A stretch of DNA of 64,000 nucleotides, from contig JASKKI010000002.1 of assembly GCA_030154225.1 (NCBI GenBank), positions 21 through 64,020 of the forward strand, given 5' to 3'. This stretch comes from Clostridia bacterium (GTDB taxonomy: Bacteria > Bacillota > Peptococcia > Peptococcales > BICA1-8). Each line of letters starts with the position of its first letter. Positions within the stretch are counted from its first letter, which is position 1. The notes below the pieces were generated by a model. It saw only the letters and a list, made by a program, of their open reading frames with translations, had not been told where the DNA came from and did no database searches. The position numbers and the translations under genes were made by a program. Positions 18,885 to 26,413 of this stretch are shown here, piece by piece.

Positions 18885-19289
18885 TTAAAAGTGGCCTTTT
18901 TTCAGCTTAGTCTCCATAACCTTCTCCTCCAGAAGATTATCAATAAGCTCTTCTACTGAACCGAAATTTTTTTCCAGCACTTCTAACTGTTTTACACTAA
19001 TTTGCTTTCTAATGGAAGATAAGGCTTTATTTTTAATTAATTCTGCTTCTTCATCGGAAAGCTTACCATCGGGTTTGCTCCGTTTTAAATCATCTACTAA
19101 AGTTTGCGATAATGCACTTACTGTTGCTAAAATAATTTTTTCTAAATTTGCTAACGCTGTTTTTACAATTGTATTATTAGTATGACTTAAGACAAACCGG
19201 CCAATGGCAATAAGGACATAGGCTGCCAGGGTACTTAATACAGGTAGTAAAGTTAATGTTAAATCAACCATAAAACTTTCCCAATTCAT
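18885..19289 (-). CDS. Phage-type holin-like protein (LL-H-like: one N-terminal TM plus coiled C-terminus)
   Basis: 134 aa, with TM LTLTLLPVLSTLAAYVLIAIG. Sits directly downstream of an amidase_2 gene. Confidence 0.45.
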   Translation of the reverse strand: MNWESFMVDLTLTLLPVLSTLAAYVLIAIGRFVLSHTNNTIVKTALANLEKIILATVSALSQTLVDDLKRSKPDGKLSDEEAELIKNKALSSIRKQISVKQLEVLEKNFGSVEELIDNLLEEKVMETKLKKGHF

Positions 19290-19293
19290 ATTT

Positions 19294-20001
19294 TCACACT
19301 CCTGATAAAATATTTTTAATTTTATTAATAAGAGAAATATAATGATCCCGTTCTTGTTTTATTAGCTCCAAAGTGTCATCCCTTTCCAGGTAAACCCGGT
19401 TATTTTGGCCATCCCAGGTTACCTGATAACCCAATGTTTCTCCCAAGGGCCTGATTGGTACATAAGTTACTCCATCCTTTAAAAAGGCAGAAATATTCAA
19501 CTTATTACCATTAATAAAAACTTCAATTTCATTATTAGTTATATATTCCCTTAAAACATCCATATCCAGTGCAGGGCAAACAGTAGATCCGGAACTTAAT
19601 TCATTATGTCCTTTTATGATATCTGCATTTAAATTTAACCTGGTTAATAGGTTTTGACAAAGCTCTTTTAAGGCTTCCTTTTGGGGTATTTTTAAATTAC
19701 CATTGGTAAAATCCCCTACTAAACAGATACCAATTGATTGTGAATTATACCCTCTAACATGGTTGCTAACAGTGGTTAACTCATTGGTCCATTGGATGAT
19801 TCCGTTTTCTAAAATAACATAATGATACCCTATCCCAGGCCAATCCCTATTATTGACATGATAACGGGCAAAACTAAAGGCATCTCCTGCACTTGTTGCC
19901 GAGTGATGAATAACTAAATATTTAATTGCCTCCAAGGGCCTTTTACTGTATTGTTTAGAAGGATGCTTAGCTAATTGGTTACGTACATCCAGAATTTGCA
20001 T
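19294..20001 (-). CDS. N-acetylmuramoyl-L-alanine amidase (Amidase_2/PGRP) with a copper-amine-oxidase-N-like C-terminal domain
   Basis: Motifs LVIHHSAT, GYHYVI and KGHNEL..CPA; C-terminal motif GVTYVPIRPLGETLGYQVTWD. Confidence 0.8.
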   Translation of the reverse strand: MQILDVRNQLAKHPSKQYSKRPLEAIKYLVIHHSATSAGDAFSFARYHVNNRDWPGIGYHYVILENGIIQWTNELTTVSNHVRGYNSQSIGICLVGDFTNGNLKIPQKEALKELCQNLLTRLNLNADIIKGHNELSSGSTVCPALDMDVLREYITNNEIEVFINGNKLNISAFLKDGVTYVPIRPLGETLGYQVTWDGQNNRVYLERDDTLELIKQERDHYISLINKIKNILSGV

Positions 20002-20056
20002 AACATCACCTCACTATATATTCTATTTATTATATTTACAATTGAGATTAAATGTG

Positions 20057-20080
20057 AAAAACCACCCTCCCTGGGTGGTT
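20057..20080 (-). terminator. Terminator after the 4Fe-4S membrane protein gene
   Basis: Minus strand: AACCACCC-AGGGA-GGGTGGTT followed by a T run. Confidence 0.65.
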
Positions 20081-20100
20081 AAAAGAAGAAAATTTATATG

Positions 20101-20766
20101 TTAGTTTGCTAACCTTTCTTTTAATTTACCATTGGCCAATTCTTCAGACAAGATATTTTTAGGACAATTACTTATACATTCCCCACATCTAATGCATCTA
20201 GGATCAGTAACCCGTCCCTCTATGTTAAATCTAGCTGTATTCAACTGCATAGGGCATGATCTACTACACAAACCACAACTAACACATCCTTGGTCAAAAA
20301 TAATACCTCCTTCGGTAGTACTTAACGATGTTGCCAGAGTACCCATAGGGCAAAAGGCTACACACCATGTTCGCGGGCGCCAGAAAATTCCTACTATGGT
20401 AGCAATAATAGTTGTCATAAACACCATTGAGGCAATTACTAATCCAATTTTATTCCAATTTCCCCAGGCATTTATCACTTGAAACACAAAAAAACTCATA
20501 AGTAAACCAAATATGGTCCAGCGAAATGCGGTATTTAGCAGCAATGGGGGAATATCCTTATTTCTACTAAATTTTATTACCAGCTTATCTAAAAAGCTTC
20601 CTCTAGGGCAAAAGCTTCCACACCATTTTCTACCCGCGAAAGGAGCTATAAAAATAGGAGCAAACATGCAAATTAAAGCCAGGTAACCTAATTTGTTAAC
20701 AAATATTAAACTCATAAACATATAGGTTAAAAGAACGATCCAAAGATAATTTTTTAATTTATTCAT
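20101..20766 (-). CDS. Membrane-bound 4Fe-4S binding protein (NapH/YccM-like)
   Basis: Four TM segments with CxxC pairs (CGSFCP, CVAFCP) and a C-terminal 2x[4Fe-4S] ferredoxin motif (CVSCGLCSRSCP, CIRCGECISNCP). Confidence 0.7.
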   Translation of the reverse strand: MNKLKNYLWIVLLTYMFMSLIFVNKLGYLALICMFAPIFIAPFAGRKWCGSFCPRGSFLDKLVIKFSRNKDIPPLLLNTAFRWTIFGLLMSFFVFQVINAWGNWNKIGLVIASMVFMTTIIATIVGIFWRPRTWCVAFCPMGTLATSLSTTEGGIIFDQGCVSCGLCSRSCPMQLNTARFNIEGRVTDPRCIRCGECISNCPKNILSEELANGKLKERLAN

Positions 20767-20801
20767 GTCAAACCCTCCTAAAATGTAAATTAATATTTCG
20801 T

Positions 20802-20820
20802 TATACCCCCTCCCGGTATA
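20802..20820. promoter_or_regulatory. CsoR/RcnR-type operator candidate
   Basis: TATACC-CCCTCCC-GGTATA: an AT-rich inverted repeat flanking a C tract, about 35 nt upstream of the start at 20766. Confidence 0.4.
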
Positions 20821-20896
20821 TTATACTAAAAGATATTTCATATGTAAAGTAATGCTTTACGAATTATTTTTTTCCTAATACAAACAATAGTATAAG

Positions 20897-20970
20897 AAAA
20901 ACTGGCTACGCCTGTTTTTAGGTTTCGCATCGCTAGGTTAAGGTTTCACTTTACTTCGTTCCGTTAGGTC
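20897..20970. repeat. Intergenic repeat, CGCTAGGTTAAG family, copy 1 (with AAAAACTGGC-type hairpin)
   Basis: AAAAACTGGCTACGCCTGTTTTT, then AGGTTTCGCATCGCTAGGTTAAGGTTTCAC. Similar to 22733-22806. Confidence 0.7.
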
Positions 20971-20979
20971 AAAGTACTG

Positions 20980-21039
20980 CCCGGAACTTAATAAAGAAGA
21001 AATCTATACCCAAAATAAATTAAGTGCCGGGTCATCTGT
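20980..21039. repeat. Stem-loop module carrying the TATACCCAAAATAAATTAAGTGCCGGGTCATCTGT repeat
   Basis: CCCGGAACTTAAT (20980-20992) pairs with ATTAAGTGCCGGG (21019-21031). The right half recurs at 44838-44875. Confidence 0.65.
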
Positions 21040-21061
21040 GTTTATGTGGCTTAATTTTTAA

Positions 21062-21137
21062 GAAAAACCGACTTCGTTGGTCTTTCAGAACCTACAGTAG
21101 CTACAGTGCAACCGTGCTACAGGAAATAAAAGATTAT
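21062..21137. repeat. Intergenic repeat, CTACAG family, copy 2
   Basis: AAAAACCGACTTCGTTGGTCTTT, then CCTACAGTAGCTACAGTGCAACCGTGCTACAGGAAATAAAAGATTA. Confidence 0.8.
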
Positions 21138-21169
21138 AGCTACTATCAACTAATTACTGGAGGGGTTTT

Positions 21170-21328
21170 ATGACAACATATAATTTTACTCCACCACTTT
21201 GTTTGAGTTGTGGAGTATCATTAGAGCATAAAGTGGAAGTTGATGGGGAAAGTGGTCTTATCTATGAAGTAGATTATTGCCCAAATTGTGAAGAGATTTA
21301 TAAAAAAACGGGCTGCACCCGTTTTTAG
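21170..21328 (+). CDS. Small zinc-ribbon protein (52 aa)
   Basis: GGAGGGG RBS. Sequence MTTYNFTPPLCLSCGVSLEHKVEVDGESGLIYEVDYCPNCEEIYKKTGCTRF has CxxC..CxxC. The last codons and the stop lie inside hairpin AAACGGGCTGCACCCGTTTTT. Confidence 0.5.
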   Translation: MTTYNFTPPLCLSCGVSLEHKVEVDGESGLIYEVDYCPNCEEIYKKTGCTRF

Positions 21329-21354
21329 TGGCTCGTGACTTGGACTAATTATAA

Positions 21355-21390
21355 AGAAAAAAGTTCCCACCTAAAAGGTGCAGAACTTTT
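21355..21390 (-). terminator. Terminator downstream of the sigma factor gene
   Basis: Minus strand: AAAAGTTCTGCACC-TTTT-AGGTGGGAACTTTT followed by a T run. Confidence 0.55.
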
Positions 21391-21459
21391 AACTCTGAAT
21401 AATATTGGGGTTATGCCTGATTATTTTAGTATTATTTCCGTTTTTTCTTTTATTTAAAC

Positions 21460-22194
21460 CTATCCTGATAAATATTTTTTTAGTTCACCTAAGGCCATCC
21501 TCTCTAATCTGGAAACTTGCATCTGGGAAACACCTAAAATTTGTGCTACTTTACTTTGAGTAAGATCCTCATAAAAGCGCAAATAAATGACTTTACGCTT
21601 TATTTCCTCTAGTCTACCTAAAGCATTAGCTACATCCTGTTTGGACTCTATTGATTGCAAATTTATATCTTCCTTGCCCATAAAATGAATAAGTTCCGTT
21701 TTATTATCTTCCTTTTCCAATTGTTCTGAAAGGGAAGTTGCCCTTGCTGCTCTTTTAGCTTCTAAAACCTTCTCTACTACTTCTTCTTCCAAACCTAAAG
21801 TTGAAGCAATTTCTTTTACACCTGGTGCTTCCCCCGTTTTTTGATATAGCTCACTTTCCGTTTTAGTAATATTGGTGCTTAATTCTCTATATTTTCTAGG
21901 AATACTCACCCTCCAAGTGTTATCACGATAATAATTTAGTATTTTACCAGTAACAGTTTTATAGGCAAAGGTTTTAAAGCGAATTTCTTTATCAGGGTCA
22001 AATCTCTCTAGAGCTCCTACCACAGCAATACGGGCGACCTGTAATAAATCTTCCTTTTCCCAGGGTAAATAGCATTGAGTTTGACACCAGTATTTAATGT
22101 GAGGTTCCATCAAGTTTAGGATTTCATTCAAGATATCTTCCGATTTATTCTTTTTATATTCAACTACTAAATCTTCTATGTCAACGCGTTTCAT
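21460..22194 (-). CDS. Group 3 sigma-70 family factor (SigB/SigF-like)
   Basis: Region 2 (FKTFAYKTVTGKILNYYRDN) and region 4 HTH (LTQSKVAQILGVSQMQVSRLERMAL). Start moved to ATG 22194 (AAGGAAGG RBS). Confidence 0.8.
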   Translation of the reverse strand: MKRVDIEDLVVEYKKNKSEDILNEILNLMEPHIKYWCQTQCYLPWEKEDLLQVARIAVVGALERFDPDKEIRFKTFAYKTVTGKILNYYRDNTWRVSIPRKYRELSTNITKTESELYQKTGEAPGVKEIASTLGLEEEVVEKVLEAKRAARATSLSEQLEKEDNKTELIHFMGKEDINLQSIESKQDVANALGRLEEIKRKVIYLRFYEDLTQSKVAQILGVSQMQVSRLERMALGELKKYLSG

Positions 22195-22262
22195 GTATAT
22201 TCCTTCCTTTAATTTTTTAGGTTTTTGGATAATTTCTATATCAAAACAACAAATTCCTTCCT

Positions 22263-22655
22263 TCACCACTTTTTCAAACAATAGACTTCATTTCCTTGGT
22301 CATTAAACCAAACTTTATCTAATACACTAAACATTAGGAATAAACCTTTGCCTTTTTCATCCAAAATATTCTCTACATTAAAACGTCCTGCTTGACTATA
22401 ATCAAAACCTGGGCCATTGTCCTTTATTTTTATTTGGATCTTATCACTAGTAATCCACCATTGAATCTCAACCAACGGCTTTTTTAATCCCTTGGAACCA
22501 TGAATAAATGCGTTATTTACTGCCTCCGTAATAGCAAGCTGAATGTCAAAAAATGTTTCCTGGGGAACATTATAAGATTGTAGTTCACTACGAAGTGTTT
22601 TAATAACATTTTCAATTTGTAATAAGTCAGTAAGCTTCAAAATAGTATTCATCAT
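22263..22655 (-). CDS. Anti-sigma factor serine kinase (RsbW/SpoIIAB-like HATPase)
   Basis: 130 aa with motifs EAVNNAFIHG and DNGPGFD..GKGLFLM; immediately upstream of the sigma gene. Confidence 0.75.
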   Translation of the reverse strand: MMNTILKLTDLLQIENVIKTLRSELQSYNVPQETFFDIQLAITEAVNNAFIHGSKGLKKPLVEIQWWITSDKIQIKIKDNGPGFDYSQAGRFNVENILDEKGKGLFLMFSVLDKVWFNDQGNEVYCLKKW

Positions 22656-22732
22656 TAGGGTTTCCTCCGACTTTATCGTTAAAGCTTCTTAATAAGTAAT
22701 TACCTGATAATAAACTATTATAAACAAATTCA

Positions 22733-22831
22733 AAAAAACTGAGCTGTGCCCAGTTTTTTAGGTTACACTTCGCTAGGTTAAGAGCAAATTTCACAATTTA
22801 CGTTATCTAAACCTCAACCTTAACCTCAAAC
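22733..22831. repeat. Intergenic repeat, CGCTAGGTTAAG family, copy 2, plus a CCTCAACCTTAACCTCAAAC tail
   Basis: AAAAAAACTGAGCTGTGCCCAGTTTTTT hairpin (also the likely cbiX terminator), then AGGTTACACTTCGCTAGGTTAAGAGCAAATTTCAC. The tail is the reverse complement of the GATTAAGGTTGAGG motif found in CTACAG copies. Confidence 0.65.
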
Positions 22832-22842
22832 TAAATTAAATA

Positions 22843-23217
22843 TTACATCAATTCCTCCGCTTCTTTAATTCTGTCTTCAGCGATTTCTACAATACGATAA
22901 TCAGGTCCTAAATGTTTGGCAAAAACAAATTTAACATCAGGATAAGTGGTTTTCAGTCTTAATAGCTTTCCGGGAATGTCCCGGTGCATATGATTACCAA
23001 CTGTTAAAAACATGGGCATAATTATTACTTTATGCACATTTTCCTCCAATAAACTTTCTATGGCCTCAACCAGTGAAGGGTTACCAAACTCCAAAAAAGC
23101 TACTTGATATTTTCCCTGGGGATTTTTTGCTTGTAATTTTCTGGTGATTTCTCTTATCTCATCATTAGCATCTTCTCTCCGACTACCATGACCTAAGATA
23201 ATAATACCTTCTTTCAT
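22843..23217 (-). CDS. cbiX: Sirohydrochlorin cobaltochelatase, short form
   Basis: 124 aa; ILGHGSRREDAN and MPMFLTVGNHMHRDIP are typical of CbiX(S). Confidence 0.75.
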   Translation of the reverse strand: MKEGIIILGHGSRREDANDEIREITRKLQAKNPQGKYQVAFLEFGNPSLVEAIESLLEENVHKVIIMPMFLTVGNHMHRDIPGKLLRLKTTYPDVKFVFAKHLGPDYRIVEIAEDRIKEAEELM

Positions 23218-23984
23218 TATTCCAGAACCTCCTGGGCTTTACTATAATTTTTCTTTTGGTGATATCCTCTGGGAGTGATCAGCATATCATTTTCAATTTT
23301 AGTCTCGGAATTTCCAATTACAACTGTTGTCAACATATCTATTTCATGGTTTAACATATCTTTTAAAGTCGTTATGACAACTTCTTCATTACCTCTTTTG
23401 GCATTTTTAACTAGCCCTACCGGGGTCTCCGGGGCTCTGTGCCATAGAATTATTTCCCTCGCAGCCTCTATATTTTTGGGTCGCCCCTTGCTTTTTGGAT
23501 TATACAAAACTATAACCATATCTCCTAAAGCAGCAGCCTCTAAACGGGTCATTATTTTAATCCAGGGGGTAAGTAAATCACTGAGACTGATAACTGCAAA
23601 GTCATGCATTAAAGGAGCCCCTAAAGTAGCAGCTGCGGCAGTGGCAGCTGTTACTCCCGGAATAATTTCGACAGGTACCATATCTCTGGCCATTTCTAAT
23701 ACTATGCCAGCCATTCCGTAAACTCCGGGATCACCACTGGAAATAACGGCCACTTTCTTGCCCTCTTGTGCCAATTCCACTGCTTGTTTGGCCCGTTCAA
23801 TTTCCTTGGTCATTCCTGATTTAATAATTTTTTTATCTTTAATAATATCCTCAATCAATTGGATGTATGTACCATAACCTATAATAATATCCATTTTATT
23901 TAATATCTGGTAAGCTTTAAAAGTCATATGTTCTTTGTCACCAGGCCCAATACCAACAACATAAATAATTCCGTCCACATCCAT
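23217..23984 (-). CDS. cbiH: Precorrin-3B / cobalt-factor III C17-methyltransferase
   Basis: Tetrapyrrole methylase fold (VVGIGPGDKEHMT, SSGDPGVYGMAG). Confidence 0.75.
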   Translation of the reverse strand: MDVDGIIYVVGIGPGDKEHMTFKAYQILNKMDIIIGYGTYIQLIEDIIKDKKIIKSGMTKEIERAKQAVELAQEGKKVAVISSGDPGVYGMAGIVLEMARDMVPVEIIPGVTAATAAAATLGAPLMHDFAVISLSDLLTPWIKIMTRLEAAALGDMVIVLYNPKSKGRPKNIEAAREIILWHRAPETPVGLVKNAKRGNEEVVITTLKDMLNHEIDMLTTVVIGNSETKIENDMLITPRGYHQKKNYSKAQEVLE

Positions 23985-23991
23985 CCCCTCC

Positions 23992-24705
23992 TTACTTTAA
24001 GCCACCTTTTTTGACCAGTACTGCGGAAAGATAATCTCTCGATTTCTCTTTTATCTCATCCAAATCATAAGAGATATATCCATCTACAAAGCCACATCGG
24101 CTACCAAAAACTGCGTTTTCATCAAGTCCCTTTTCTTTTAACAGCTCCAATACTTCAGGAAATGTTCTACCCACTTTAAGAAACATGATATTTTCAAACT
24201 TATCCAAAGCCTCACTTAATTCTCCCAAATTATTGATAGCAGGTATCACAACTAATCTTTCATCACTTTCCGCCAATGGTACTTGAGCCAGAGCAGCCAA
24301 AATATTTGGAGCACTTATACCGGGAATTATTTCAATTTTTAAATCTGTCAACATGGTTTTCAGTTTGCGAACTAAATATATAAAAGTACTATAAAAAGAC
24401 GGATCTCCTAATGTTATAAAAGCACAGTCTTGACCAGATTTAAGAACCTCGCTAACCTGTTCAGCCGCCTCCTGCCAATGTTTTTCAAGCTTTTCATTAT
24501 CCCGGGTCATGGGTAAATAGAGCTGCAGTATCTGCCAATCCCGTCGTACAGCTCGGGAGGCAATTTCCAAAGCAATACTAGGTTTGTCCGGTTGTGATAC
24601 CGGAAAACAAACCACGTCAATGTTTTTTAATATTCTTACTCCTTTTAGTGTTAAGAGTTCTGGATCACCTGGTCCTACCCCTACTCCATACAGTTTACCC
24701 AGCAT
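23992..24705 (-). CDS. cbiL: Precorrin-2 / cobalt-factor II C20-methyltransferase
   Basis: LYGVGVGPGDPELLTLKG and LGDPSFYSTF. Start moved to ATG 24705 (GGAGGT RBS). Confidence 0.75.
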   Translation of the reverse strand: MLGKLYGVGVGPGDPELLTLKGVRILKNIDVVCFPVSQPDKPSIALEIASRAVRRDWQILQLYLPMTRDNEKLEKHWQEAAEQVSEVLKSGQDCAFITLGDPSFYSTFIYLVRKLKTMLTDLKIEIIPGISAPNILAALAQVPLAESDERLVVIPAINNLGELSEALDKFENIMFLKVGRTFPEVLELLKEKGLDENAVFGSRCGFVDGYISYDLDEIKEKSRDYLSAVLVKKGGLK

Positions 24706-24806
24706 TTTCCAAACCTCCATATCCAAGAACATTTTTACCTTTAGTCATTTAAATTAAACTTATTCAATTTACCAGCCACTAGCCATAACGAACAAAGTTC
24801 GTTTTT

Positions 24807-25046
24807 TTATTCATCTTCATCTTTAATTTCTGTTACATCAATATAGTCAGGTTCAATGGGGATCACTATCCCACTGATTATATATGTTAAAACTCCTAAA
24901 AACAAGCCAACCATTGGAATTAATGACACTATTACCCAGGCCAATCTAACTATAGTGGGATCTACCCCAAAATATTTAGCAAGCCCACCACACACTCCCA
25001 GGAGTTTTTTATTACTGGTAGAACGATAAAGTTTTTTCATTTTCAT
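24807..25046 (-). CDS. PspC-domain membrane protein
   Basis: KLYRSTSNKKLLGVCGGLAKYFGVDPTIVRLAWV is a canonical PspC domain, followed by one TM. Confidence 0.8.
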   Translation of the reverse strand: MKMKKLYRSTSNKKLLGVCGGLAKYFGVDPTIVRLAWVIVSLIPMVGLFLGVLTYIISGIVIPIEPDYIDVTEIKDEDE

Positions 25047-25216
25047 TCTCTCCTTTAAATCTTAGAATTCCCACAGACTATTACTAATTCTAGCCTGCCA
25101 CCTTATTTCCTGCAAAAATACTTTTTAAAAAAGTACCTATTGTTAATACGAGTAAATTTTTTAATTTGTTTCAGAATTTAAAGGAAATTATTACTGTAAT
25201 ATTTTTAAAAAAAAAT

Positions 25217-25339
25217 AGGCTGTTCAAAAGCGCGTATAACAAGGCGCTGAGAGGGAGCAAAACCGGAAGCGTACATATAGTACGTTGAGAATTTTGCCCC
25301 CTCTCAGGAACGAAGTTATACGATGCTTTTCAACAGCCT
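25217..25339 (-). repeat. 123-nt extended imperfect hairpin abutting the CAP-domain gene stop codon; doubles as its terminator
   Basis: AGGCTGTTCAAAAGCGCGTATAAC pairs with GTTATACGATGCTTTTCAACAGCCT. The inner pair is CTGAGAGGGAGCAAAA with TTTTGCCCCCTCTCAG. On the minus strand it is followed by T9. Confidence 0.6.
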
Positions 25340-26251
25340 TTAATGTAATTTGATTTCGACTTTATTGAAACTAGGATCCCACACAACCTCATACCCCATA
25401 AGTTCCGATATTAATCTTAAGGGAACCATTGTCCGTCCATTATGTAATTCCGGATAAGTATCACTTAGAAAAATTTGATTATTTTTAAGTAAAATATTTT
25501 TACCTACCCATAGATTCATTATGTTTTCATGATTTTTAATAATAATCTTTTGATCTAGCTTTTCCCAGTCAACTTTATAACCCATATTTTGCGAGATAAA
25601 TCTAATAGGTACCATTACTCTTTTTTGCTTATTAATATATGGTTTGATATCGGGAAAACTTACTTCCTTGTTTTTTAAAACAATTTTTAAATCTTTATTA
25701 CCCGTATTTTGATTATGTGAAGGAACCACTGGTTGAATTAGATTTAAATCACCTGTATCAGGAGTAGATACTTCATTGCGTGATTTAATAAACATTTGTG
25801 TTATCATCATTCCATAAGGTCCACCTTTAACTACCCCAATACCAATATGGGTAAATTCCGGTTTTAAAATATTGGCTTTATGACCGGGAGAATTCATTAG
25901 TGCTTTATGAGCACCTGTTAAACTTGAGTTGCCTGCTAAATTCTCTCCCGCCATCCAGTATTCTACACCAAAATTTTTCATCATGGTAAAAGGATCTCCA
26001 TAGGTTGGCGAGGTATGGGAAAAATAATTTTTGTCAATCATGTCCTGGGATTTAAGCCTAGCCAATTCTAGCAACTTGTTGTCCATTTCCAGAGGCTTAA
26101 GTCCTGCTTTAACTCTCTCATTATTTACAAGTTCCAACATTTGTTGTTCCAACTCTGGCTCACCCGAAACTGCGGCCCCAACATTACCCGTTAAAGCAAA
26201 TAAGACGATGAGCATGGTCATCAAAATTAGTGCTAATTTTTTCATCTCCAT
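25340..26251 (-). CDS. Secreted CAP/SCP-domain protein with two copper-amine-oxidase-N-like repeats
   Basis: Signal peptide, CAP motifs (YFSHTSPTYG, GENLA, HKALMNSPGHKANIL), and C-terminal motifs VMVPIRFISQNMGY and TMVPLRLISELMGY. Confidence 0.75.
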   Translation of the reverse strand: MEMKKLALILMTMLIVLFALTGNVGAAVSGEPELEQQMLELVNNERVKAGLKPLEMDNKLLELARLKSQDMIDKNYFSHTSPTYGDPFTMMKNFGVEYWMAGENLAGNSSLTGAHKALMNSPGHKANILKPEFTHIGIGVVKGGPYGMMITQMFIKSRNEVSTPDTGDLNLIQPVVPSHNQNTGNKDLKIVLKNKEVSFPDIKPYINKQKRVMVPIRFISQNMGYKVDWEKLDQKIIIKNHENIMNLWVGKNILLKNNQIFLSDTYPELHNGRTMVPLRLISELMGYEVVWDPSFNKVEIKLH

Positions 26252-26340
26252 TTCTACCTCCTCAAGTAATTTTTACTGTCAATATAATTATTCGTCATGC
26301 TCCAACTTTTCTTTGGGTATTTGTTGTTGCCAAATTAATG

Positions 26341-26372
26341 AAAATTATGGGTTCTTAAAAACCCATAATTTT
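26341..26372 (-). terminator. Hairpin terminator after thiY
   Basis: AAAATTATGGGTT-N6-AACCCATAATTTT, a 13-bp stem. Confidence 0.5.
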
Positions 26373-26413
26373 CGTGCTATAGTTCTACAGAAATCTTATA
26401 TTATAAGTCATTT

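Noticed and set aside
22194-22281. Longer sigma factor starting at 22281 and overlapping the kinase gene.
   Set aside because: The extension (MFEKVVKEGICCFDIEIIQ..) has no sigma region 1 or 2 character. ATG 22194 has a good AAGGAAGG RBS. Translational coupling via the overlap cannot be fully excluded.
23275-23721. Long antisense ORFs inside well-supported genes. Examples: 23275-23721, 27404-27805, 28600-28863, 36166-36666, 57626-57973, 48761-49183, 45598-45936.
   Set aside because: Each lies fully inside a gene with strong family motifs on the opposite strand. Their translations are low-complexity (S/P/I/K-rich) with no recognisable motif or RBS. They are typical shadow ORFs.
24775-24806. 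Plus-strand-oriented terminator (ACGAAC-AAA-GTTCGT plus T7) between two minus-strand genes, as evidence for an antisense RNA.
   Set aside because: It is a single short hairpin and may simply work bidirectionally for the PspC-domain gene. The sequence gives no promoter or other support.
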